A stretch of DNA of 64,000 bases, taken from positions 389,298,001-389,362,000 of the forward strand of contig OZ024741.1 in the NCBI GenBank assembly GCA_964016885.1. The letters run 5' to 3'. Origin of the DNA: Eledone cirrhosa. Taxonomy: Eukaryota. The position numbers and the translations under genes were made by a program. Shown here piece after piece: positions 27,650 to 44,940 of the stretch; the first letter of the stretch is position 1; each line of letters opens with the position of its first letter. The notes beneath the pieces are model-generated. The model was not told the origin of the DNA, did no database searches, and saw only the letters and a program-made list of their open reading frames with translations.

Positions 27650-28435
27650 GCAGTATCGGTAGAGCATCAGACAACATGATTTGTGGTAGAGAGTTATGTC
27701 CCTTTACGTCCTAAGTTCAAATCCCGTCGAGGTTAACTTTACCTTTCATCCTTACAGGGTTGATAAAATAAAGTAGCAGTAATGCACTGGGGTCGATTTA
27801 ATCGACTTTTCCCTTTCCCTTCAAATAGTTTCTGCCTAAAGTAGAAATCATTATTATTACTATTATTGAATATCGGTAGAGGGTCGGACGCCATGCTTTC
27901 CAGCATAGTTACGTCCCTTTACGATCTGAGTTCAAATCCCGCCGAGGTTGACTTTGCCTTTCATCCTTACGGGGTCGATAAAATAAAGTACCAGTAATGC
28001 ACTGGGTAATTGCTGGCCTTGTGCCTAAAAGTAGAAACAATTATTGAATGACAAAACAATGTTGTCTCTGACTGAGACAAAGCGAGTCTGTATTTCAATA
28101 TAAAACTGATAAAACTGATCGCTAGAACAGCCGTTACAACTGTTACATGCTGTCAAAGACAGCAATGGTAAAAAATGCCTGAGGACAAATACCAGCGGCC
28201 AGTGGTTAAATTATTATTATTAGGGCAGTGGGTTGGCATTATCGGTTGAGCCTTTGGACAACAAGTTTTGTGACATAGATTTACGGCCCTTTACATTCCG
28301 AGTTCAAATCCCGCTTTACCTTTCATCCTTATGGGGTCGTTAAAATGAAGCACTAGTAACGCACTGGGGTCGATGTAATCGACTTTCCCCATCTCTTCGG
28401 ATTGCTGGCCTTGTGACAAAAGTAGAAACAATTAG
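27650..28435 (+). mobile_element. Cluster of three Nin-domain SINEs (~27650-27855, ~27870-28043, ~28223-28435)
   Basis: Each carries agttcaaatcccg followed by tttcatcctt..ggggt.g..aaaat.aag.a..agtaa. Confidence 0.85.
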
Positions 28436-29404
28436 TATTATTGTTTTTTTTTTTGTTTTTTTTTATAATTCATATTTATAGAAATGACATTACTTTGATG
28501 CAAAACATCTATGACATTATCCTGGTTCTTCATTATCTATTTAAGGCTAAACAATAACAATAACAAACTCCGTTTAACTTTTAACACCCGCTAATAATTT
28601 AAGAACGGGTTTGTTAATTTAAACATTTATAGTGTCTTTATTAGTGGAAAGACTGTTGTGAAAATTTTCAGTATTATAGTAATTACTTTAATGGTTGATG
28701 CAGTCAAGAATGTTTGTCAATGAGGTTTCATGTGGTACAGAACGTTAAAAGTTAAACTCATGCATCCTTGTAATGGTAACTAGCAGTACATATTCAACAG
28801 CAGCAACTGAATAGCAAATGTCCAGCATGAGCCTGCAGCACTTTCCATGACTTCTAATCTGATTATTAATTGTATAAATAGAGGGGAACTAAATAATGGG
28901 ACCAGATTAAGTTAATAAACAAGCCATTTGTTACCATTTCTGTATCATTCTGTTGTATTTAAAAAGGATATTTCTGATCACAGTCACACAGCTGTTGAGT
29001 TTATTCTTATCGTGTTTAGCTTCTGGTGAAAAAAAACATTGATTCAGAAATTAATTTAAAATATAGATTGAGCTATCCTAAAGTTCTAATATAAATCCTT
29101 TTGATCAAGATTATAAAAAAAAAATGTTTTGTTCTCGCAACAAAAGAAAATGACTAGTTTATATACTGTTCTACTTTCATTGACTGAAAAGGTTTGTGAA
29201 TGTATTTCATTCAACATCTACGACATGGCTTTATCACCTTCTGCACTTCAAAAGTCGTTGTCCCCAAACCCAGAGACTTGGTCCGAATGATTGCAGCAGA
29301 GAAGACTCGATTAAAATTAATCAAGAATAAGGTGATAATGTTTTAAGAGGGTTTAGTCTATTTGTTGTGGAAGAAAAGACGAGTACAAAAATTCTGGTTT
29401 ATGG

Positions 29405-29600
29405 TGACACGTCTCCACCTCCAACTTAGTCACTTCGGCCACGAATCCTGGTACGGCGGCCCGCAATGCAGAGGAAATGAAGATAAACAAATACCGGGGA
29501 TTGTCCGACCGTTTCCTCTCCGCACCGGTCGCCGTCAAAACGTCAGGCGTACTTGGACTACATACTGTCGAGCTCCTCGGCAAGATCGGATCGTCGGAGG
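29405..29600 (+). mobile_element. CRE-like non-LTR element, RLE C-terminal fragment
   Basis: GC-rich island; an unlisted frame reads STSNLVTSATNPGTAARNAEEMKINKYRGLSDRFLSAPVAVKTSGVLG, matching the AA..AE..K..KY...F.P.AVET.G pattern. Confidence 0.7.
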
Positions 29601-29632
29601 CCCGATTGTCAAACAGCTAACGTGCAAGAGAC

Positions 29633-29801
29633 TGTATCGGTAGAGGGTCGGACGCCATGCTTTCTAGCATAGTTATGTCCCTTTGCGATCTGAGTTCAAA
29701 TCCCGCCGAGGTTAACTTTGCCTTTCATCCTTACGGGGTCGATAAAATAAAGTACCAGTAATACAGTGGGTATTTGCTGGCCTTGTGCCAAAAGTAGAAA
29801 C

Positions 29802-29805
<4 letters not shown>
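29633..29805 (+). mobile_element. Nin-domain SINE
   Basis: Nearly identical to 27870-28043. Confidence 0.88.
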
Positions 29806-29866
<61 letters not shown>

Positions 29867-29909
29867 TACACACACACATATATATATATACACACATTCA
29901 CACATATAC

Positions 29910-29951
<42 letters not shown>

Positions 29952-30002
29952 GTGTATGTATTTATAGTTATCGACGATATAATGAGAGAGAGTGATATAG
30001 TG

Positions 30003-30068
<66 letters not shown>

Positions 30069-32451
30069 TGTGCTTAGTTTTACCAAAACAGATTGTGAAG
30101 TGGTACGACTGATGAAATCTCCTCCGAAATGTCAAAAACTCGAGTCAAAAGTTTCTAAATTCTACTTCAATGACATGAAAGATCTTCTAACCATGCATTC
30201 TTGAAAACCAAAAACCATTTTAAAAAAGCAACAACAACAACAGCAGCAACACCAAAATTACAAAAACAAAAAAAATAATTATTCTCCCCCCCCCCCCCCC
30301 CCCCCAGATGGCCTTAGAATATGTCCCCCTTTCGTACAATTGGCTCCACGAGTCTTTCGACGGGGGAAATCTATCTATAGAAATCTCTCCGAAGTCGTAG
30401 GTCAATCCTTTGGTGGTCATGACCATCAGAGGAAATATCGTGGGAAAACATCTCTTTCGCTACATGCTTAAATAATACACTCGCTATGTCTTGGTCGCTT
30501 AAATAATACACTCGCTATGTCTTGGTCAAATCTATAACAGAGAATACTTACCCAAGTTACTGTTCAGTCAGATTGAAGTCGAAAACACACAGTTACGAAG
30601 TGATCTTCTTTCGAGCAGTCAGACTTGTTCAAAGCAGACATATTAAAAAAAAATTGTTAGAAGCAGACTTGTTAAAATGCTTCTTAGTGACCTTTTTAAA
30701 AACAAGTTTGCTAAATACTTCTTTAAATACTTATTGAAAGCAGATTTGTTTAAAATAGACTAGAGGTAATCTTTCCTCTAGTAATAAGCCGAGTTTGCAA
30801 CACAGTTTCGATTTTTGGCTGTACCTTGGGAAAAGTATGCATGTCACATAAGCACGAGGTAAGCTCTTAGTGAATTAAATCTCATTCACGAACTGGTGCC
30901 ACTTCCTGGTTCCGATAATTTTGCTTCACTTATCTTGTTCATCTAAAACCCTTATAACAATGTCTGACATCCAGTTATTTTAGGCATCACATTTATTTAT
31001 TCCGAGTCTTTCTTTTCTATTGAAATACCTTTACATATTTGTTTCCCGTTAACAATTAACAAAGCTGCTTTGTATTTAATTGTATTTTAAGCCAACCTAC
31101 GGTTGTGTGGGATGTGCTCTCCACATGATAACAAGATAAAAAGCTGACTCCATTCATTGGATTCAAGCCATGTGAGGAATTTTGATTGTGAGCGGAAACA
31201 GAATACATAATAATTGTCAATAATGAAAAGGGTTCTGTTGTCTCTTGTTGTATTGGGTAACCTTTGTCCATAAGCGGCACAACGAAGAGAGAGAGAGAGA
31301 GAGGGGGGCAATAATATTCGTGATTTTTCTTTTTAAAAAATCATTTTAAGACAAATTGATAGTTTTTCATAGAAAAATATTTTTTATAAGCTATAAAATG
31401 TTCAGAGCTGCAATGAAGTATGTAAACAAATTTGTTGCTTTAAACAGATCAAGTTTTCCTTTCATCCTTTCGAGGTCGATAAATAAAGTACGAATACAGG
31501 GTCGGTGGATGGGTGGAATTATTAAAGAGTTGGTATCTGTGCCGGCTTTGTGCATTCTTTGATATTCTGCTATTGGTAAATTGATTTTATGTCTCCTTTA
31601 ATGATGTTGGCCTTGTGTTAACGTTAGAAATCTATCAGACTTAATGGCCAGAAGGTCTACAATATTGTTTGTATTCCTCCACAAGTGATGCATAAACAAG
31701 ACACTAACTTTTAAATGGCCTAGTCTACTTTCCAGAAGGTCCTAATTTTTTTTCTCCGTGTCTTCAATCTCCTTTCAGCAGCGAGACCGGCAAATAAAAG
31801 GTCTTCCATAAAAGGCTGATGTTGGTCATCTTCAATGTGGTCTTCACTTGGTCTTTAAAATGCTTTTTTTATCCCCATCCAGGCGCTGAAAATCGTGTAG
31901 CTATCCTTAAAGTCTTACGAGAAGATATGAACCAGACATGCTCATTATATATCTGAGACATCCATGTGGTGTATATTCAATACTCAGAGGAATTCTGTAG
32001 AGAATGAGTAACTATATTTTAATAACTAGAAGGCTATATGTACAAGGCAGTGGAAACACAGACAGCACGTTACACGAGGACACACAGATGGTGATTTAGT
32101 AAGACTTTCTTTCTGGACCATGCAAATGATACAGAGGTTTGTCTAATGCAGTTCATCCAAAGTGCTTTCAGTAAGGGGAGGTAACCTCGGTATCTACAGT
32201 TAGTCGTTCTTGTTGTATTGATTAAATGGGTAGAATGAGGTGGAATTGTGTTCTACTGACATATCCCTTCAGTCTTCTGCAATAAGCTGTAATAGTAGTT
32301 GGAGACTTCTAGAACTTCTATAAGAGCAAAACTGAGCTTAGTAATCGATTGTAGCTTGCACAGCAAAGTCGATACCACTGTAGAATAGACTCACCCTGTA
32401 TTATCCCTTGAGTTTTTCCTAATTTAGTTATTCAATAACTATTCATTAAAT

Positions 32452-32655
32452 AATGGTTTCTAATTTAGGCACAAGACCAGTAGTTTGTGGGAAGAGGAAA
32501 ATCGATTATATCAACTCCAGTATTTGATTGGTACTTTATTTCATCGACCCTGGAAAGATGAAACGTGAAGTTGACCTCGGCCCCATTGAAACTCAGAACT
32601 TAATGAGTTGGAACGAATAACTTACGACATTTTCCCCGACACTCTATCGATTCTG
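32452..32655 (-). mobile_element. Nin-domain SINE
   Basis: Reverse complement carries the family core. Confidence 0.8.
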
Positions 32656-32659
32656 TATT

Positions 32660-34862
32660 ATAAAATGAAAATAGTTTCTATAGCAAGAGATATTTAGGGT
32701 GATTTTAACTAATTGTAGGGTGCTCTTTCTGAATATGAAGTCATTCTTGCTCCATCACGTCTAGATTTTGATCTACAATATAACCTCTATATACCAGATT
32801 TACAGAAATGTAATGTAGCATGCAGTACGTTAAATGTTTCTATTTGTCTTTTAAGAATGTCTTTGATTGTTCTTTTTGTGACAACCTTAAATGAGAGAGC
32901 TGTAAAAGTAAATATAACACATATTAGGTCATGTCTAGTTTTTAGAACACTTTGAGTTAAATCTGAGTTTTGGATGTTATTGTGACTTGTATCAAAATGG
33001 TAATTGCACTGTTCTTCTTGGAGTGCTGTTTTTTTTTTTTTTTATTATTTCTCCACTTGAATTTTAATTACTTCAAGACGTCTATCTCGCAATGACCCAG
33101 GTCACTTTTGCTATATATGTAGGAAATATGCATTCTAGGAGAAGCAACATGACATTCATACAACCAAGATACAAGGATTACTTCAAAATAAAACTTGGAG
33201 ACCAAGATCAATATTTTGTTTCAGATATTGTATGCAAAGTGATCGATTTCCTTGTGGTCCAGTGGCAAGCTGAAGCAAATGCCATTTGCCACTCCAAGGA
33301 CATGATAAGAACAAAGCAACCATTCTACTGATTGCTACTTTAGCATTACTAACATGGATTGGTTCAATAAGAAAACTGTGAAGTATATCAAGTACCCTAA
33401 TTTCCCATCAGCCATACGACCACAGCCATATAAAGATGAAATTCTTCCTCTGACAAGCAATCAACCATTGAATGAGTCAGATGATGGTTCCGATGATGAA
33501 ACTGGATGTGAAGACCAAACGAATGACAATGCCCTAAAATAAGTCTAGAACAACTGGATCCTTTTGCTTAAAAGCTGGAATGATGCTTACCTGGCTGGAA
33601 CAATGCCAAAGAAACTAAAACAATAACGTACAGGCACCGAATGAAGAAATCTCTTAAATGGTTCGACACACTTGATGAACAGGGTTTAGTTTATTACAAG
33701 AACATTACTGGTTTGATGATGGCACTTGGAATTTCCTTTCATGTCAAGACAGAGAGGTGGTTATTCATTGATGCTAGTGTTTCCAGCTATAAGACTGTTC
33801 TTTTAAATGTTGGAAATAAGTACCCAGGGGTTCCAGTGGGTTGTTCGTGGAAGGTAAGAGTCATATGTTAATTTCCTTGATCAGATATGATGTTTTCATG
33901 TGGAAACTGGAGGTAGCTGGAATTCAAAAAGGCTACATAAAGTTTTGCTGCTTCTTGTGCCTGAGAGACGGGTTGAAATGAGAACTACATACGACAGGAT
34001 TGGCAAGGACGTCATAAATTAAATGGAGACCAGAGAATAAAAGCGTTCATTACATGCCACTAGTTTCACCTGAACTAATTGTGTTACCACCACTACATAT
34101 TAAACTTGGAATCTTCAAACATTTCGTGAAGTCACTGGAGCCTGAGGGGCAACTAATCAAGTTGCTGAAAGATATATTTCTCCGATTAAGTAAAGCAGAG
34201 CTTAAAGAAGACGTATTCGTTGGACCAGACACTCACAAATTGATGAAAAATCAGATGGTCAGAAATACATGGAATGAAGTTGAATGATGAGCTTATGATG
34301 TTGGGTTAAAGACAGTTGAAAACTTTCTAGGAAAGAACCGAAGCCCGAATTACAAGACAATCATAGCTGGCCTTCTGGATTCATTCGATGCACAAGTGTT
34401 GAAATGTCTTTGACGATTCACTTTTTAAAGAGTCACTTGGATTGCTTTCCTCTGGACATGGGAAGATCAGTGATGAGCACGGTGATATATTTCATCAAAT
34501 GATAGCTATTGCTGAAACAAGGTACCAAGAGCAAGCCAATCCGTGCATGATGGCAGACTTTTGCTGGCTTCATTCTTCTTGAACTCCATGCTACTGAGCT
34601 TGGCAGTGAAATCAATGCTGTAATTTTTTTGTGGTAGTTTTATTTTAAGTGTATACTATTATTTTAACAGCGGTTAATTGTAGTTTAGTACATTAATAAA
34701 TTACATGCAATGTTCACAACATTAGACACTTTTTCTGTGAATGTAATATTTGTGGGATATCTTGTAGATCAAAATGTAGGCGCGATGCACCAAAACAGAT
34801 TTCATATTCATATTTAAAAATTAACTAATATCATCTAAAGTAGTAATTGCTGTCATGCAGTG
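32660..34862 (+). mobile_element. Chapaev3-like (CMC) DNA transposon with decayed transposase
   Basis: KLGDQD, DCYF, YPNFPSAIRP, WLFIDAS, GYIKFCCFLC, LPPLHIKLGIFKHFVKSL, VFVGPD, IHFLKSHLD, SDEHG..FHQ, MMADFCW in broken frames. Inverted subterminal repeats at ~32730-32780 / ~34760-34810; right end GCAGTG. The superfamily name is from recall. Confidence 0.8.
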
Positions 34863-34907
34863 TTATTATTTACTTAAGGACGTTCTGTTACACTTCATTT
34901 ATACATT

Positions 34908-35805
34908 AACTAGCAGAATGGCCCGGCGTTGCTCGGGATTCTAAACATAGATTGGCATGTTTATCCCTCCTTTCTGAAACAGTACAGAGAAGTACGGAAT
35001 ACCTCGGCCTTGCGACCGTCGAATAGCAGATTCCACTGACGATTCGTTTGCCCGCCTTGTTCTTTTTCTTGCCGCTTTTGCAGTATTTCGGCCAATGGAG
35101 TATCTCTTCCTTCGAGGCATGACCTAAAAGCAGGACGAAGTACACTAAGACTAACTGGTAGAGTAAGGAGCAAACTCGTCAGTGATGCATGTGATTTCCG
35201 AACCGTTGACTATGTAATTGCTGGCCTTGTGCCAAAAGTAGTGGGACTTTTGGGATGGCATATCGGCAGTAACAATGACGATAAACCGTCTGTGCTTTCG
35301 TGAAATAAATACGTTTGTTTATATTTTGTTTTTGTGTATGCAAAAATATCTGTACACGAATATATAATTATATATATATATATTAAAATAACAGATTAAA
35401 GTTTAAGCAAAGATCCCTTAACGGGATCTTCTGAAACTAAAAAAATCAATCTGTGAATGCAGGAGTAAATATTTCGAAAAACGTTGCAACCGAAGAAAAA
35501 CAGGAAGACGATACTTTGGTTTGTGAAGATGTTTTCATAATGTCGTAATGCAGACAGCCAGACACACAGACAGATATTATAAGGGCGCGGCGTTATAGCT
35601 ATGTATCTATCTAAAAAGACAGACTAAGAAAGAGAGAGAGAGGTCGCTAACCGGCGCCTAGTGCAGTCTCTAGGGCATTGAAAATTTGAAATATTTTTTG
35701 CTCAAAAAACTCACACGACCATAAGTATTACATGTGTAAAGTTTGAAAAAATTCGGTCTCGAGTTTTAGGAAGACAGACAGACAGACAGACATTCTCTAC
35801 AGATT
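34908..35805 (+). mobile_element. Probable non-autonomous Helitron/Helentron-associated element
   Basis: 5' ACTAGcagaatggCCCGGcgttgCTCGGG hairpin; 3' aaagtttgaaaaaattcgg...(GACA)n end. Confidence 0.5.
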
Positions 35806-36744
35806 TAATTGTTTGATTGTTTATTTGTTCAATAATCATTGACTTAAGGAAATTATCCCTGATTAAAATGTTTAGTGAAGGCACATGGCTTAGTAGTTAT
35901 AGCAATGGGCTTGCAATCGAAAGGTTGTGAGTTCGATTCTCGGACCGGGTGATGTGTTGTGTCCTTGAGCAAGACACTTTATTTCACGTTGATCCAGTTT
36001 ACTCAGCTGTAGAAATGAGTTGCGATCCTGCCAAATCAATGGGTGGCAGTAGTTCCAACTGCACGGATCGAAAGACTGGTGTAGTGGTTCTGAGAACAAT
36101 GTGGCTTTGCAGATGATCAATGCAAATTGAGAATGGAAAGGCGCTCCCGCTCGAGTTAGAAGAGAACTATTGACCTTCAGGAGAAGCAGCGACCCTTGAT
36201 TGTATTCACCAACCGAAACAAATATGAAGTATACTAAATCCAATGCTCTTAGGGGCGGCCCTGGTTCTTCTTATTCGCGACTGCAAACTCGGCCAGATTG
36301 GATTAGATAAATGTATAAAAAGGTTTTTTTATTCATTTACTTTAAAATCAATTTCTTCCTGATTGGTTGGTCAGTAATAACTCACTTAACATTGAAAAGT
36401 ACAAAACATCACTATGGCTGCGTCACATTGAAAATTAATGTCTTTACTCAAATACTTCAACATTTCGTAGTGACTTGTTTTCAATTAAATGTACCATAAA
36501 CATTTAAATTAACAAACAAATTTTTCAATATTTTCTACTAAATCATTACAAAATGTTAAAGGTTAAAAGGATATTAACTAATAATTATCTACTAACAATA
36601 GAAATACTTGTATATATATGTATGTCTGTATGTATGTGTGTATGTGTATGTGTGTGTGTATGTGTATGTGTGTGTGTATGTATGTATGTATGTATGTATA
36701 CATGTATGTGTGTATACATGTATGTATGTATGTATGTATGCATC

Positions 36745-37968
36745 AAGTGATGCCGAGTGCTGACTGATACAATGACTACCGGCTTGTATGATCAACTCTC
36801 AGATTGACAATCAAGCCCACAGTGTAGAAAAGAGCCCCACAATTCAGCTTGATGCACCACCCTCCCTAGAGGAGGTAAAGACTGCAGTCAACCACCCGAA
36901 AACCTCCAGAAAGCCATGATAGTGTCCCTGTACAAGAACAAAGCTAAATAATCAAACTGCTCATACTACCGTGGCATCACGTTACTCACAATTGCAGGCG
37001 CATTTCACGTTTCCTGCTCAATAGACTCATCCCAGCCATTGCAGAGGATGCCCTTCCAGAAAGCCAATGTGAATTCCGAGCCAACCACAGCACCACAGAC
37101 ATGATTTTTGTCCTTCTCCAGATCCAAGAAAAATGTAGGGAACAAAATATGGCCCTGTACGCTGCCTTCATTGACCTGACAAAGGTATTTGATAAAGTTA
37201 GTAAGGATGGACTGTGGAAGATCCTCAGCAGACTTGGATATCCGCCAATATTCCTGGCCATGCTCCAGAAACTCCACACAGGACAGCAGGGATAAGTAAA
37301 GCACAATGGTGGTCTCTCTGATCAATTACCTTTTGAGAATGGCGTTAAACAAGGCTGTGTCTTGCACCAACCCTATTTGCAATCTACTTCAGTATGATGC
37401 TCCGCAAAGCAAAGAAAGATATGTACGAGTGCATTTGCATCAGGTTCTGTACTAATGGGAGTGATGGGAGGAATTGATCCTGGACCTGCTGTCCGCAGAC
37501 GACTGTGCCCTTCTGGTGCACACGGAGGAAGATCTCAATGTAGCCGTCAGCAGCTTTACAGGGGCAGCCTCAAGAAAACTGAAATCATGTCCCAGAAACC
37601 AGTAAGTGAAGAGTACCACCCTCCGCAGTTTAATATCGATGGGCACCCCACCCCAGTGCAGTGGAGTATTTCACATACTTGGGAAGCATCATTACCAACA
37701 GCGCTACCTCAGCAAAGGACATTGACAACCGCATTGCCAAGGCCTGAGTCAGCTTTGAGGAGGGTAGGAAGGCGGTGACTGAAGACAAACATCAAAGAAG
37801 AAAGTTGTTCAACACCCAACCACCAACTAACCAAGTACACACTTGTCCCAACTGTACCAGAGCCTGTAGGTCCAGGATTGGCCTCTGCAGCTACCTCAGG
37901 TCTTGTCACCGCACAGAACAAGACAACAATTCTTCCCACTGATCTTCGCAAGCGAAGAATTCGCCATT
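36745..37968 (+). mobile_element. RTE (BovB-like) element with internal deletions: RT + terminal zinc finger + 3' hairpin, flanked by (TATG)n
   Basis: LPESQCEFR...DMIFVLLQIQEKCREQN...AFIDLTKVFDKV, GVKQGCVL, LLSADDCAL, YTCPNCTRACRSRIGL; ends cttcgcaagcgaagaattcgccat. Confidence 0.9.
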
Positions 37969-38029
37969 CGTGTATGCATGCATGTATGTATGTATGGATG
38001 GATGGATGGATGGATGGATGGATGGATGT

Positions 38030-38220
38030 CAAAGGACATTCTTCTAGGAGAAGGCAACTCAGGAAACTGGGATAACTCCGACATAAAACCTGCGGCTCAG
38101 TAGATGATGTTGATCTTTTCTTCTTTTCAGGTTGTAGCTACTGTCGCCCAGAGAGTGGGATTGACTCAGTGCACAGTCTTTCCTCACTTTAAAAAAATCT
38201 TCACACACAGGCATTGCACG
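38030..38220 (+). mobile_element. RTE 5'UTR fragment homologous to the middle of the array unit
   Basis: ctaggagaagg...gatgttgatc.tttcttc...gagagtggga...ctcactttaaaa...cttcac...acaggcattgc. Confidence 0.65.
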
Positions 38221-40342
38221 ATAGCATTAATTGAAAATTATTAATAATGTTATATCGTTCAATGGTCATACTCGATAACGAGGGGGCAGCCATCATGTAT
38301 GTATGTATTTATGTACAACTCCTTTTTGACAGCTGAGTGAACTGAAGCAACGGGAAATAAAGTGTCTTGCTCAAGGACACGACGCGTTCCCGGGAATCGA
38401 ACTAACGACCTCACGACCGTGAGGTGAATACCCTAACCACTCAGCTAGCAAAAATGTAATTCGAAGGTACTCGTATCTGTGGAATGCTCAGCCACTTACG
38501 CGTTAATTTCCCGAACAGGCTGTTCCGCTGATCGTATCAACTGGAACACTTGTCTTGGTAACCGACGTTGTACCAGTAAAACCAATGTACGTATGTATGG
38601 TGAGAGAGGGTAACAGCACGACACAACCAATTAAAGGTTGTCACTTTCGTTTGTTCACTTGTTGTCTTATTGAAGTGCAACACCTCAAGTGGATGTTACA
38701 AAGGCGCTACCCCGAAGGATAGCGAGGGTGATGCGCTATGCATTAATTTTAAAGTTCTATCTGTTATCTCCAAAAATATCATACCTTTCCTGGCTTTACT
38801 AGGTCATGATGTTTCTACCCCTCGGACTTTTATGTCCTCTTTCTCTTTCCATAGGCGCTGAAATCTCATTATCTCCCCGTCAGCTATCTATTCATTTAAT
38901 CAATTTAAACGTCTGTATAGAGCTAGTAAGCCATAGTAGACTAAGGAAAGTATCTAATACTTCTTAGAGTTCAGAAACTAAAAACAAGATATACGGAGAT
39001 AAGTGAATATTAAATTCTAAATTTACATAAAAAAAAAAAAAATTAAAATAATATAAAAGATTTAATAGGAAAGGCCAATGAGGGGCAAAATAAGCATAAA
39101 GAATCTATCAGTTATATTCTATCACCTTTTTAGTTCCCTTCCCTTTCCAAACCATTCCTGCACTTGAACCCATACCTACCGACTAATTGGTAGACGATAC
39201 TCCTCTTCTCCAAACCCTACCCTACCAGATATATTACTTCATTTTATCGACCCTAGAAAGAAGAAAGGCAAAGTTGATCTCGATAGAATGTGTATTCAGA
39301 AATTAAAGTATCAAAGCACCGGAGTAAATATCGCAAAACATTCCGACGCTCTAAGAATCTTCTAATCTATTGCCCTTTCTTTATTAAAGATCATAAAAAA
39401 TGACATTACTTTACGCTATGTTAATGAAAATAATTCTTCTTTTGATATTTCCCAAACAATTATTTCAATGAACTTAAAGCTAGATAATATAATTATTCAA
39501 GGTATAAATTAATCAGCATTCCAGCTTCTATAAAGAAAATTAATCCAGACAATACGATTAAAATAGCTATCATTTTTACATCATGAGTGTAGGTGTGAAC
39601 AGAGCTTTTCTTACGTTATGTCTACCATGCACAAATTCTATTTGAAGCCCACGTTAATATTTTCAGAGAATTACGTATTATGTATTACGTAAACGTCTTG
39701 TTGCTCACCCCAGAGTTTGTTAAAAGTCTAAAAGTCTGTCTCGAGCCAGGAAGCTCACCAGGCCGGTGCTTATCCCAGTTTTCGTGCCGTTAAGCGACTG
39801 GGAGTTCAAGAATCTCCCCTGGAAAAGACACCAGTCAATCTCAGGGTTAAATCCCCAGTTATTTATGGTACTCATTTTTAGCTGTGTATAAGAATGCAAC
39901 ACACAACTCAGTCTAGATACCAAATCCACGACATTATGATCGTAAGTCCAACACCCTTACCACAAGGCCACGCGCTTCCACCAGATTTTGTTAAAATATA
40001 TTTGTGAAATCCTGGTTTCAAACACACTCTTGTCTGCAGTGGTATGGCTGAAAGGTTAAGAGGTTCGCTTCACAATTATGAGATACCAGATCTGATCCCA
40101 ATTCGTGGTTTCAGGGGTAAGCGTTCTTACCATAACCTCAAGGTGATTCAAGCCTTCTCAGTAATATGGCATAAATGGAAAATGTATCGAAGTCTGTCCG
40201 ATTGATTGTACCTGTAATTCAGAAGTCTTGTCGCGTATTGTGTCAAGTTGATTCGGCTTGAGAATTAGTTGCGTATACACATGGCTGGGAAATGTTTAAG
40301 CACTTACACTTTAATTCACATATTGGATGTTCTCTCTCTCTC

Positions 40343-40468
<126 letters not shown>

Positions 40469-41493
40469 GTGTGTGTGTATGTATATATATATACATATAT
40501 ATAGGGATAGATAAATATACACGGGTGTATATGATTGTGTATAGAAGATTATATTAATAAAAGGAATTCCAACTTTGTCTGATTTACTCGTTTTATTTAC
40601 AATCCTTTAACATTTATAATGGTATTAGAATGAAATAGTATGGTGGAATATTAAATGTTAAGTGTTAATTGAACAAGTACTTTCATGCTTTCGCAATCTT
40701 CCGGTTCATAATGTGTGGTGACAGTCAATTTGCAATTTTCAACTGTGTGTATATATATATATATATATGTAAGTATGTATGTATGTATGTATGTATGTAC
40801 GTACGTATATATATGTATGTATATATATGTATATATGTATGTATATATATGTATATATGTATGTATATATATATATATATATTGTTGTCAGGTCACCAGT
40901 TGGTGCTACTGGTAACATGTATCCCAGTACAACCTGTCTCATGGTCGGGTCGTTGGCGACTAAACTGGCAACCCACCAAGGTTTCTTGGTGAGGAGGGTG
41001 ACTTTGGACATCCTGCAGGACTAAAAACAAAACCTGTCAAAGGGCAAAGGAGCTCTTAAGAGTCAATGGCCATCCAAAATCACCGGGAGAGATGACCCCT
41101 TAGCCTTTGTCAAGGCAGAATTCTAGGAGAAGGAAAACTCTGATATAACAACTGCAACTCTGATGGTATCCAATGATGTTGACTTGTTCTTCTTTTTGGT
41201 AAATATCATCTTGGTTAAGAGAGTGGGACTGGCTTTGTGCAGTGCCTTTGCTCACTATAAAAGCTTCACGGCACAGGCATTGCTTTGTATCTGGAGATCT
41301 CTCTGCACTTGTCGTCACATGGTACCATGGGCCCAGCACTATGTGTCAATAATTGTCACAAGTGTAATGTTTGTACCAGAGTTTTCAGGTGGCTGGCTGG
41401 ACTAAAAAGTCACACTCGTTCAGCGCATTGGTAGGGGTTCTCCTACATGGATATAAAGTAGTGGCCGTACTCGAAAGCGAGTTGGCAGCCACC

Positions 41494-44477
<2,984 letters not shown>

Positions 44478-44887
44478 AGAGATGACCCCTTAGCCTTTGT
44501 CAAGGCAGAATTCTAGGAGAAGGAAAACTCTGATATAACACCTGCAACCCTGATGGTATCCAATGATGTTGAATTGTTCTTCTTTTTGGTAAATATCATC
44601 TTGGTTAAGAGAGTGGGACTGGCTTTGTGCAGTGCCTTTGCTCACTATAAAAGCTTCACAGCACAGGCATTGCTTTATATCTGGAGATCTCTCTGCACTT
44701 GTCGTCACATGGTACCATGTGCCCAGCACTATGTGTCAATAATTGTCACAAGTGTAGTGTTTGTACCAGAGTTTTCAAGTCGCTGGCTGGACTAAAAAGT
44801 CACATTCGTTCAGCGCATTGGTAGAGGTTCTCCTACATGGATATAAAGTAGTGGCCGTACTCGAAAACGAGTTGGCAGCCACCATGT

Positions 44888-44940
<53 letters not shown>

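Noticed and set aside
29362-29643. GC-rich ORF as tyrosinase exon 2
   Set aside because: No tyrosinase motif; another frame matches a CRE-like endonuclease end.
38121-38192. Strong acceptor ttcttttcag followed by GCSYC as a candidate exon 2
   Set aside because: The frame closes within ~20 codons and the sequence is homologous to the RTE 5'UTR.
41100-41405. Recurrent 79-80 aa ORFs on both strands in each array unit
   Set aside because: They recur only because the units are near-identical, mostly start at non-ATG codons, and lie in 5'UTR-derived sequence.
41340-41435. Repeated C2H2 motif suggesting a tandem zinc-finger gene cluster
   Set aside because: There is a single finger followed by a stop and an RTE-type 3' end, with no TGEKP linkers or consistent splice sites. 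It is the RTE C-terminal finger.
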